DNA of 64,000 nt from Antedon mediterranea. Taxonomy: Eukaryota; Animalia; Echinodermata. Location: positions 41,156,388-41,220,387 of the forward strand of contig NC_092670.1 in assembly GCF_964355755.1 (NCBI RefSeq), in the 5' to 3' direction. A program made the position numbers and the translations under genes. The stretch's first letter is position 1, and each line of letters starts with the position of its first letter. The notes under the pieces are model-generated. The model searched no databases, was not told where the DNA came from, and saw only the letters and a program-made list of their open reading frames with translations. Below, piece after piece: positions 43,901 to 54,277 of the stretch.

Positions 43901-46900
43901 AACCTTTGCTACTGTGGCTGTATAAAGTACCAAACAACTTACCCTTGCAACCTTTGCAAACTGTGGCTGTATAAAGTACCAAACAACTTACCTTTGCAAC
44001 CTTTGCAAACTGTGGCTGTATAAAGCGTGGTTTCCACTAGCGACGCAACGCAAGGACGTAACGCAACGCAAGTGAATTGACCAATCACAAGCGATGGCTT
44101 ATTCGCTTGTGATTGCTAACTGTCTATAACTTCGCTTTTCATTGGTTAACACGCTTGCGTTGCGTTTACGTCCTTGCGTTACGTTCTAGTGGGAACCAAG
44201 CCTTAGGTACCAAACAACTTACCCTTGCAACCTTTGCAAACTGTGGCTGTATAAAGTACCAAACAACTTACCCTTGCAACCTTTGCAAACTGTGGCTGTA
44301 TAAGGTATCAAACTTACCCTTGCAACCTTTACTACTGTGGCTGTATAAAGTACCAAACAACTTACCCTTGCAACCTTTACTACTGTGGCTGTATAAAGTA
44401 CCAAACAACTTACCCTTGCAACCTTTGCTAACTGTGGCTGTATAAAGTACCAAACAACTTACCTTTGCAACCTTTGCTACTGTGGCTGTATAAAGTACCA
44501 AACAACTTACCTTTGCAACCTTTGCTACTGTGGCTGTATAAGGTACCAAACAACTTACCCTTGCAACCTTTGCAAACTGTGGCTGTATAAGGTACCAAAC
44601 AACTTACCCTTGCAACCTTTGCAAACTGTGGCTGTATAAGGTACCAAACTTACTCTTGCAACCTTTACTACTGTGGCTGTATAAAGAAACAAACAACTTA
44701 CCCTTGAAACCTTTGCTAATTGTGGCTGTATAAAGTACCAAACAACTCACCATTGCAACCTTTGCTAACTGTGGCTGTATAAAGTACCAAAAAACTTACC
44801 TTGGCAACCTTTGCTACTGTGGCTTTATAAAGTACCAAACAACTTACCCTTGCAACCTTTGCTAACTGTGGCTGTATAAAGTACCAAAAAACTTACCCTT
44901 GCAACCTTTGCTAACTGTGGCTGTATAAAGTACCAAACAACTTACCCTTGCAACCTTTGCTAACTGTGGCTGTATAAAGTACCAAACATCTGAGCTCATT
45001 CCAGTAGGAGATTCCAACAAAACTAAAAGACAAACTAGATTTAATTCGTCACTATGACGAATTATAGGTTATATGCATTGATTTAAATAAAGATACAGTA
45101 ATTGATTTTTAAAAGATATATTGATTGATTAATTTTTTCAGAATCTTTAATTATTTATAATATATGATAGGACCTTGCTAACGCGAACACCATAGCCGGT
45201 ATCACAATCCGATCAAAGATCCATATGCGTATAATGTCATAAACCACATTTGTTGTTACATAATAATAAAGACATAAGTTAATTTTTATCTAGATTTAAT
45301 TATAAATCATGTGTATAATCTATACACTAAGAAATAAATTTGAACAAACAATACGGATAATAAAAAAAAATCTTATTTCGTTTCCCAAGGTGAGACTCGA
45401 TCTCGGTACCTTGAACGCCATAGACACGAGCACAGACCATCGAGCCATACACAACTGACTAAAAGTCGTAGAAAAATTCTTCCGTGTATTTACTATGCAG
45501 TAACCACTTTGGTGCAAATAGATTATTACATACCGAAATGAATTATAATTTTTTACTATGATGACATCTTTAAAATGTAAACAAATGATGCACTTTCAAA
45601 CTACATACTTTTAACTTTAATATATGAACTTTTGAAGGAAGAAAGTTAATGTTAAGTTTGTTATTTTGGCCTAAGAAAATGTCATAATTTGTTTGATTGT
45701 CGAAATTAATTTTTGTAAATTTAATATGCCATTAATGATGACTTAATCGACTTTTGTTCTCTTAATTTCATAATAAATCATACATATGATACATACACTT
45801 CAAGAAAATGAAATAAAAAATCGGTGTTCCCGAGCATTCTAACGATATACTGTATATTAATTTTAAAATTTAGCATATTTTCACCATTTTGTTAACTTAC
45901 ACGTGCGTAGCCTGTCACTTTTGACGTGCTCGTATAACGCTGTTTCGCGTTGAAAAGTGAATAAAATATGATGATATTATTAAAGAAAGGTTATACAACA
46001 GTAATCGGACAAAAACAGTGCGCATTAACGTTTGACGCGCAGTGCGCGTGCAATAATCTGCGCACTCATGGCAATTTTTTAAACGCTTAAAATTGCCTGA
46101 AAAGTACTCTAATTTCATCGAAAATAAATTCTGACAATTTTCAACATTTTAAGCGCGCGTACGCATGCGTTATATGCGCTACGCACGTAATTGTATTGCC
46201 ATATGATGAAATATGACCTGAAATTTATGAGTACCAAATTTTGTTTAATTGTGATTCATGCTTGTGAAGATATGATTACAAACGTGATTTCGTTAAATCG
46301 CGCGTAGACCGCGTAATTTTTGATTGCGCATCGTGAAAACATAACCACATCGATTCCTGGCCATAAGGAATATACTCTGAAAAATTGACTTAGTTAGATG
46401 AAACTGATATCAAGATAATTGACGGACAAATAGTGCTAAGGAAAGAATAAATAAATAAATAAATAAAGAAATAAATAAAGATTCTGACAGAATCAAGAGG
46501 TTATATGCATGAATATAACTTTAAATCTAAGTGTGTATACTTAAGTAACACAGTTGGTGGACCTGTGCCATTACATAACAACAACTTCTGTCCCCATTTA
46601 ATATCATACATAACTTTAAATCTAAGTGTGTATACTTAAGTAACATACCAGTTGGTGGACCTGTACCATTACATAACAAAAACAACTTCTGTCCCCATCC
46701 AATATCATACAATTCACCTCCTATAATAACAAAAATGTTATATTAACATGAAATCATTAAAGCATTTACACTATGTAATCCTAAATTAGTTTTATATCAT
46801 ATTTATCAAGTCCTTTAAACTAAATTAGTAACTGTGTATATCTGTACATACCAGGTGGCATTAAGTACTGAGCTTCCCGAATTAAGGCAGCATGGTTTAA

Positions 46901-47322
46901 GATTGCCGGTAGAAACATCAACAGTACAATATATTTGCCAACGTTCAGCAGTTTCCAGAAAAAACTTGATGAAGTTGGCTGTTGTGTATTTTCTGAAGCA
47001 GGCTGAAAAAAGGATGCTTTACATTTTATTTGGTAATAATCAATGTAGTCTAAAGTCTATTAGGGATAGAAATAGACCAATTGTAATGTGCAATGTATTT
47101 AGAATGTCAGTATAACAGTCTAAATGTATTTTATGTGTAGTTAGAATGGTATTATTTTAATATTGTAATTTTTGACTAGGGTTAGTTTGTAGTTTCATAT
47201 TTCTTAGTAAGACTTCTTACTTCATCGTTGTCCTCTTTCTTCTCCTCTAAATTCACAACTTGTTTTGGTTTCTCAGATGCAACTCCGTCACGGCCAGCCT
47301 TTCTCCTCCTGTCTGTTGGCAT
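40957..47322 (-). CDS. Membrane-anchored alpha/beta-hydrolase-fold protein, possibly non-catalytic
   Basis: Exons 47322-47221, 47002-46852 (TM: YIVLLMFLPAILNHAAL), 46720-46649 (LCNGTGPPT), 45022-44946 (VLLESPTGMSSDVW), 43420-43370 (VCVYDRAGIGFS), 43250-43186, 42834-42715 (MADDLHQLL..FVGSELGSLIAR), 42230-42150 (LVLIDP), 42050-41912, 41791-41709, 41624-41528, 41157-40957 (NGADH). All phases are consistent. Confidence 0.85.
41095..41325 (-). repeat. Triplicated splice acceptor plus start of the last exon (78- and 72-bp units)
   Basis: TTATTTTGTAG|GCCTGGGCCAAGGCTCAG occurs with AG at 41308, 41236 and 41158. Confidence 0.92.
42283..42738 (-). repeat. 65-bp tandem array = last ~23 nt of exon + donor GTGAGT + ~42 nt intron, 7 copies
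   Basis: CTCAC recurs every 65 bp from 42320 to 42710. Confidence 0.95.
43600..44988 (-). repeat. 45-49 bp tandem array = last ~42 nt of exon + donor GTAAGTT, ~25 copies, with a MITE inside
   Basis: Unit CAAACAACTTACCCTTGCAACCTTTGCTAACTGTGGCTGTATAAAGTAC. The first copy is the real exon end (WYFIQPQLAKVAR). Confidence 0.95.
44024..44202. mobile_element. PIF/Harbinger-type MITE inserted in the donor array
   Basis: TIRs AGCGTGGTTTCCACTAG/CTAGTGGGAACCAAGCC; TAA/TTA flanks; palindromic interior. Confidence 0.8.
45033..46515. mobile_element. Helentron/HINE-like insertion containing a tRNA-like segment
   Basis: Starts ACTAGA with hairpin ATTCGTCA-CTA-TGACGAAT. AGGTTATATGC recurs near both ends, with (AAAT)n near the right end. 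Degenerate A/B boxes on the minus strand at ~45385-45450. Confidence 0.45.
46515..46712 (-). repeat. ~95-bp duplication of nearly a whole exon + donor region; the intronic copy has lost the donor
   Basis: 46515-46610 matches 46610-46710. The copy reads TAACACAGTT where the original has TAACATACCAGTT. Confidence 0.9.
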
Positions 47323-47785
47323 GATCTGATGTAGTAAAATTATATTTCTGTTAAACATTTAAAATGGAATTCAATATTTTAATTCATGAAAATAGATTTA
47401 TCATATATTCATCAACTGTCTGTCAAAACTAATTACACTCACTTCCTTAGTCAAGCAAAGAAAATAAAACCCATTCCTTTCTTTTAAAAATCAGAATGAT
47501 CAAGTGAGTTGTTTTTATACATTGAAACAAATTATTAACTAGAGGGTGAAACCTCTGCCTACTGTACAATTCCCCTACATAAAATGTCCCCGGAATATAT
47601 ATATTTTTTAAATATTTTTTTTTTATTAGTTCTAAGTGTAAATAGGCTAACTTCACACTACAAAGTTGTGGATGAGAGTTTGGTGTAATGGTTATGTATC
47701 CAGCCTCTCACAGTTGAGATAACTGAGTCCCACAGAGATTTTTTTTTAAATTATTTTTTTATTTATTTTTGTTTTTGTTTTTTGT

Positions 47786-48333
47786 GGACCTTGATCTTTG
47801 ACCCTGACCTTTCAAAATTTAACCACAATTATATGATGAGTCATTTGTCGTATTCGATTTAGACTTTCACCGTTGAGTACAGTTTTTCCGTTGAGTACTT
47901 CTTTAACGGAGTATTTTGAGCGTTGAGATTGTTCTTAACGAAAAAGCTTTCGTTGTCAACGTTTTCTATTCGAAGGACTTTCTGTTGAGCACAAATTTAC
48001 AATTCGAATACAAAAAGTACTCAACGAATCTTTACGTTGACAACGAAAGTTCCCAATCGAATACGACAATTGATCATTGTGGCTAAGTTTGGTGAGATTT
48101 GGATAAAAACTGTGGTCTCTAGGCAGTAAAATAGTTTTTTTGTTAGTTGTGACCTTGACCTATGACCTTTTCCCCTCAAATTCGAACTCGTCTGAGCTTT
48201 TGAGGCATAGATCATTGTGGCCAAATTTGGTGAGAATCGGATAAAAACTGTGGTCTCCAGGCTGTTCACAGACACACACACACACACACACCCATACAGG
48301 GGTGAAAACATAACCTCCATGGCGGAGGTAATT
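47786..48333 (+). mobile_element. Helentron/HINE-like element with a nested 223-bp MITE (47846-48068)
   Basis: GACCTTGACC-type repeats, (CA)n and terminal hairpin ACCTCCATGGCGGAGGT. The nested MITE has TIRs TGTCGTATTCGATT/AATCGAATACGACA and an ATT duplication. Confidence 0.65.
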
Positions 48334-48517
48334 TAGCATAATTTAATGTTTTTACTTTTTATACAGTATTTGTTATTAATTAATAGACCTAATTTAGACT
48401 TAAGAATAAGATTGTGTGAATAAGAAAGAATAATTAACATTTGATAGTGACTTTGTCATTTTACAGTGGATGGATTCTAGAATATTCAAATTAACTTTAT
48501 AATACAGTATACACTAC

Positions 48518-49406
48518 TATGGAACGCCGTTTACGCAACATTTCAATGATATAAATTTTATGACGGGTTATGTGAATGAAATGCATCGATATGAATTGAA
48601 TGGCGCGATATATGAATGAAATGTTTTGAATTTAATGCTTTGAATTGAATATTTTGAATGAAATGTTTTGAATGAAATGTTTTGAATGAAATGTTTTGAA
48701 TAAAATGTTTTGAATGAAATGTTTTGAATGAAATGTTTTGAATGAAATGTTTTGAATGAAATGTTGTGAATTGAATGTTTTGAATGAAAGGTTTTAAATG
48801 AAATGTTTTGAATGAAATGTTTTGAATGAAATGTTTTGAATGAAATGTTTTGAATGAAATGTTTTGAATAAAATGTTTTGAACGAAATTTTTTGAATGAA
48901 ATGTTTGAATTGAATTGAAAAGTCAAACTATTGGCGGCGTATGTCATTCCCGATTCCGCGATTTTTTTCTCAACCTCTTAAGCCTGGGTACCCTCTGGGC
49001 CTCATTTCCTTTCCACGCTGCCTAGAATCCTAACAGACCTGGCTTTGGAAATATGCATTCCACTGTTTCAGGTCTGTTAGGATTCGCGTGGAAAGGAGAT
49101 GAGGGTACCCAGGCTTAATTGCCTAAGAGGTTGAGAAAACAATCGCGAGCGGGAATGACATACGCCACCAATAGTTTGACTTTTCAATTCAATTAAAACA
49201 TTTAGTTCCAAACATTTCATTCAAAACATTTCGTTCAAAACATTTCATTCAAAACATTTCATTCAAAACTTTCAATTCAAAGCATTCAATTCAAAATAAT
49301 TATTTCATTCATATATCGCGCCATTCAATTAATATCGTAGCATTTCATTCACATATCTCGTCATAAAATTCATATCATCGAAATGTTGCGTAAACGGCGT
49401 TCCATA
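48518..49406. mobile_element. Foldback MITE (IS3EU-like) with 14-bp internal minisatellite and a nested 135-bp MITE (48981-49115)
   Basis: TATGGAACGCCGTTTACGCAACATTTC.../...GAAATGTTGCGTAAACGGCGTTCCATA; 6-bp TSD CACTAC; (GAATGAAATGTTTT)n arms. The nested element is AGCCTGGGTACCCTC...GAGGGTACCCAGGCT. Confidence 0.8.
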
Positions 49407-49871
49407 CACTACACTAGCCTAGCAGTCACAGCTGAAACCCTCGTCCCTGGTGGCCTGGGCCGACGTGTACTGAGTCCTGGCTTACTTAGTCTTGTTTAAA
49501 ACTCTCACTCATCAACCAAAACACCAACCAGATCAGTGCTAAAAACAAAAAAGCTCACTACTACTAGCTTTCCACTTCTGTTCTACACTAACTTACTTCT
49601 ATATATGGAGTAAATTCAAACAAAATCGGATGATATCACCGTATATATTTAAAAAATGTTTTTTTCTTATTAAACACCACTGCCACACACACACAACAAG
49701 CATGTTTTTTATACGACGATCCATCCGCCGCCACCAATTTATTCAAGCGTGACAATCACTGGAATCATCGAAGCGTGAAAGATTATATCCAGCATGCAGG
49801 TTAACAACCACAGTACACAAGTTGGAAAAACCACCACCACGAGCGAGTCGAGTAGAACGCGAGGAAAAAGG

Positions 49872-52800
49872 ATGGCTAGGTCAACTGCTGAAGAAATTGA
49901 TGATGTTGCAGGCCTTTTTGCAGAATTTTGTGTCGTAACTGGAGCTTCGGAAGGTGAAGCACTTGAATATCTACAAAAAACAAATTGGCAAGTCGTGGTA
50001 AGTATAAAGCCAGCTAAAATCGGATAAAAACATCACTCACTCAAATCTCCATTATGAATTTGCATTAAATTAGTGATCGTATTGGTCGGCACACCTGTGG
50101 GGTGTCATGACATTTTAATAATACACACACGTCATAAGTAGATTTTTGTTATTGGAGGAGGACTGTGCATGGGTCACATGATATTATAAATGACAACTTC
50201 TATTGCACTTTTAATGATGTCATCGAGAGTGCAATGTTGTTCCATTGCTCTCAGTCTCATATAACCATTCATATGTATACTATCGGGTATACTAATGCGT
50301 CTGATTTATTTCTACTCAAAAAATACAAAAAAAGATGGCCGGCACACAAGATTTCTGAGACATAATCTGTTCAGAATATGCTAATTTTAAATACTAATGT
50401 TATTCTATGTTTTGTTATTGAGGATGCAATCAACCTATACTTTGATACAGTGGCAAACCAACCAGATGATGATGAGAATGGAACAAGCTCAAATTCAAAA
50501 GACAGGTATTTAATTCAGCTTTTAAAACAAGATTTTGGATCAAACAACAAAATAAATTTTGAAAAAGATACTGGCATGTGCATGTCTTTTATTTTTACAG
50601 TCTCAAAGTTGAAGGCAGTAAAGAAAAAGAAGACAAAAAGATAAAAATGATAACATGGAATATTGATGGTCTTGATGACCGGAATTTAATAGACAGAACA
50701 AAAGCAGTTTGTAGTATAATAGAGAGGTATATCAAGTGACTCATTTTAACATACAGGTGACCCTTGTACTCCTAACCAATCACAATCAACTAAATGCAGT
50801 TTGTAGTATTATAGAGAGTGATGACTCATTTCTATTAACATACAGGTGACTCTGGTACTCTCAACCAATCACAATCAACTAAATGCAGTTTGTAGTATTA
50901 TAGAGAGTGACTCATTTCTATTAACATACAGGTGACTCTGGTACTCTCAACCAACCACAACAATGTAGTTTAAACCATTCAGGATCTTCTTTCTTGAACA
51001 GTATGATAGAATCGGACTGGGTTCATGTTGAACATCTATCTCTAGTTTGTTTTATCATAAAGCTTGTTTTTTGTTTACCTATAAATTGTATATCTTTACT
51101 AATTATTGTATATCTTTACTAATTATTGTATTTATTTCATAAGACTTGAACCAGATATCATCTTTCTCCAAGAGGTCATAGTTGAAACAGCATCTCACAT
51201 CGAAAAACGATGCCAAAAATACAAAGTGCTACCAACAAGTGATGCTGCATACTTCACTGCTATGATGTTGAAAAAAAGTAGCGTTTCAATTCTTTCAAGT
51301 ATTGTTGATCCATTTGAGAATACAACGATGATGAGGGCGCTTCACAAAGTCAAGGTTTATCATTTTATTTTTTACTAATTTTAACATTAATGCTACTTTA
51401 CAAATATTTGATAACACAGTAGGTCTACAGTTCAACGTTTAGCTACACCAACAAAGTATTTCTGACAAATGTACAGTATTATTATATGTTGGGTACAATT
51501 GTTTTTGCTAGGTGAAATGTGCCGGAATAGAGTTCCTTCTGTTGAATTCTCATCTTGAAAGCACAAAAGATGCAAGTGGTAAACGCAAAAGACAGTTTCA
51601 GATGGCACTTCAAGAAATGTGCAATTCTAACGATGGTACTGTTGCCTTGTTTGGAGGGGACACCAACCTACGAGACAGTGAGGTAAGTGAACACCAACCT
51701 ACGTGACAGTGAGGTAAGTGAACACCAACCTACGAGACAGTGAGGTAAGTGAACACCAACCTACAGGACAGTGAGGTAAGTGAACACCAACCTACGTGAC
51801 AGTGAGGTAAGTGAACACCAACCTACGAGACAGTGAGGTAAGTGAACACCAACCTACAGGACAGTGAGGTAAGTGAACACCAACCTACGTGACAGTGAGG
51901 TAAGTGAACACCAACCTAAGAGACAGTGAGGTAAGTGAACACCAACCTACAGGACAGTGAGGTAAGTGAACACCAACCTACGTGACAGTGAGGTAAGTGA
52001 ACACCAACCTACGCGACAGTGAGGTAAGTGAACACCAACCTACGCGACAGTGAGGTAAGTGAACACCAACCTACAGGACAGTGAGGTAAGTGAACACCAA
52101 CCTACGTGACAGTGAGGTAAGTGAACACCAACCTACGTGACAGTGAGGTAAGTGAACACCAACCTACGCGACAGTGAGGTTAGTGAACACCAACCTACAG
52201 GACAGTGAGGTAAGTGAACACCAACCTACAGGACAGTGAGGTAAGTGAACACCAACCTACGTGACAGTGAGGTAAGTGAACACCAACCTACAGGACAGTG
52301 AGGTAAGTGAACACCAACCTATGAGACAGTGAGGTAAGTGAACACCAACCTACAGGACAGTGAGGTAAGTGAACACCAACCTACGAGACAGTGAGGTATT
52401 AGTGAACACCAACCTACAGGACAGTGAGGTAAGTGAACACCAACCTACAGGACAGTGAGGTAAGTGAACACCAACCTACAGGACAGTGAGGTAAGTGAAC
52501 ACCAACCTACGTGACAGTGAGGTAAGTGAACACCAACCTACGTGACAGTGAGGTAAGTCATAATGAACACAGTCCTCTGACAAACATACAGTGTACACAA
52601 GATGCTCAACATAAACAAATCTTGGGATTAGTAGCTGACCAACCTTCCACTCCACGTACTTGGTGCATAAAACAGGCAACAAGTCAGTGTATTTAGAAAG
52701 ATATTTGGAAAGACTATTAAAATAATAAATTTCATCATTTTAAAAATAGTTTATTAATTTAACAATGATTTTAGGTGAAAAGTATTGGAGGGTTACCTGG

Positions 52801-53059
52801 AGGAATTGTTGATCTATGGGAAATGTTTGGAAGTCCAGAAGAATCAAGATACACATGGGATGTCAAAAGAAACAATAACCTAGATTGGCAATTTGCAAGC
52901 AAACCAAGAATAAGATTTGATAGATTGTTCCTGAAACAAGCAAAGCAGCAACAAGTTCATCTGCAAACTTTTAAACTCATTGGAGACCAATGGATTTCAA
53001 CAGTTGAGCGATTTCCAAGTGATCATTTTGGCATTTACTGCGAGTTTAAAGTAAATTAA
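49872..53059 (+). CDS. TDP2: Tyrosyl-DNA phosphodiesterase 2
   Basis: Exons 49872-49997 (UBA-like: FCVVTG..EALEYLQKTNW), 50423-50505, 50601-50726 (ITWNIDGLD), 51144-51354 (PDIIFLQEV..TTMMRAL), 51512-51682 (SHLES..FGGDTNLRD), 52775-53059 (YTWD..RFDR..FPSDHFG). An upstream in-frame ATG at 49794 is also possible. Confidence 0.95.
50704..50962 (+). repeat. ~90-bp triplication spanning the TDP2 exon 3 donor
   Basis: GCAGTTTGTAGTAT(A/T)ATAGAGAG recurs at ~50704, ~50797 and ~50885. The copies lack the GTAT donor. Confidence 0.85.
51660..52518 (+). repeat. 31-bp tandem array = last 23 nt of TDP2 exon 5 + GTAAGTGA, ~28 copies
   Basis: Unit ACACCAACCTAC(GA/GT/AG/GC)GACAGTGAG|GTAAGTGA. Almost every copy keeps GAG|GTAAGT. 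Confidence 0.97.
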
Positions 53060-53834
53060 TTTGAACCAGTGCTAAACTTGACTTTGATTTTGTAAATTAG
53101 AGTGAACCAGGTGTAATAAGACGTGATTTCCGTTTCTTTTATTACCTCTTTATTGTTTGTGATTATTATATCAAACCAGTTACTTACAAAAAAAAACCAT
53201 ATTTGTCATAAAACTAAAACAAATATAAATAAATATAAATTCAAATATATTCTAAATAAATCTTGCACAAAATGTTTAATATTTGGTATTTTCAGGGAAG
53301 GAAACTGTTGGGCGACATGTTTATGAAAATGAAATGATTATGCTATAAAAATGCTTGTTAAAATCAGGTAACCTGGATTATTTAAATCGGGTAACCTGGA
53401 TTATTTAACAAATTGTACATGTTGTATTATTACTACTAATTGATTTCCACTAGCTTTTTATTTGCAAAAATTATATTATAAAGTTTAGTATCAGATTATA
53501 AGCACATGCTAAACCAAAGACAAGCTTGTACTCAACCACCTTGTATGTAACATTTATACTTGCAATCATTATTGTTATATGGTTATAAGTCATTTTTGAT
53601 ATTTAAGCCCTTAGTCAGGCTTCTCATATAAGTTGGTTTTTCTATAAAAGGGGCAAATATTGTCAAGAGCAAGTCTACTGTAATTAAGAAAGAGGGGTTT
53701 TCGTTCTAATCCACTGGCTACAGGCTTGCTATCAAAACAATAAAATAATATTCTTCTGCCAAACATTTGGACACCTTCTTCTTTTAATTCCTTCTGAGTT
53801 TGCATTTCTTATTTTTCTTATATTACAGTTAAGT

Positions 53835-54277
53835 ATGTACACATTCCGTTTAGTAGAGCACTAAATGAACTTAATGTTACGCATAATACATGCGACTATT
53901 TTGTTTTACGTCTATTTCAACAGTGTTGTTCATTTTCTTTTAATGTACGTACACATTCCGTTTAGTAGAGCACTAAATGAACCTAATGTTACGCATAATA
54001 CATGCAACTATTTTGTTTTACGTCTATTTCAACAGTGTTGTTCATTTTCTTTTAATGTACGTACACATTCCGTTTAGTAGAGCACTAAATGAACCTAATG
54101 TTACGCATAATACATGCGACTATTTTGTTTTACGTCTATTTCAACAGTGTTATTCATTTTCTTTTAATGTACGTACACATTCCGTTTAGTAGAGCACTAA
54201 ATGAACCTAATGTTACGCATAATACATGCGACTATTTTGTTTTACATCTATTTCAACAGTGTTGTTCATTTTCTTTA
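53835..54277 (-). repeat. 112-bp x4 tandem array spanning the Argonaute stop codon and proximal 3' UTR
   Basis: The first copy encodes [20 protein letters not shown] (stop at 54213-54215). Period of 112 (ORFs at 53865, 53977, 54089). Confidence 0.92.

Noticed and set aside
43530-44549. Cys/Lys-rich short ORFs on both strands
   Set aside because: Translations of the ~49-bp donor array.
48558-48947. 129-aa ORF with KHFIQNISFKTFHS repeats
   Set aside because: Translation of the 14-bp minisatellite inside a MITE.
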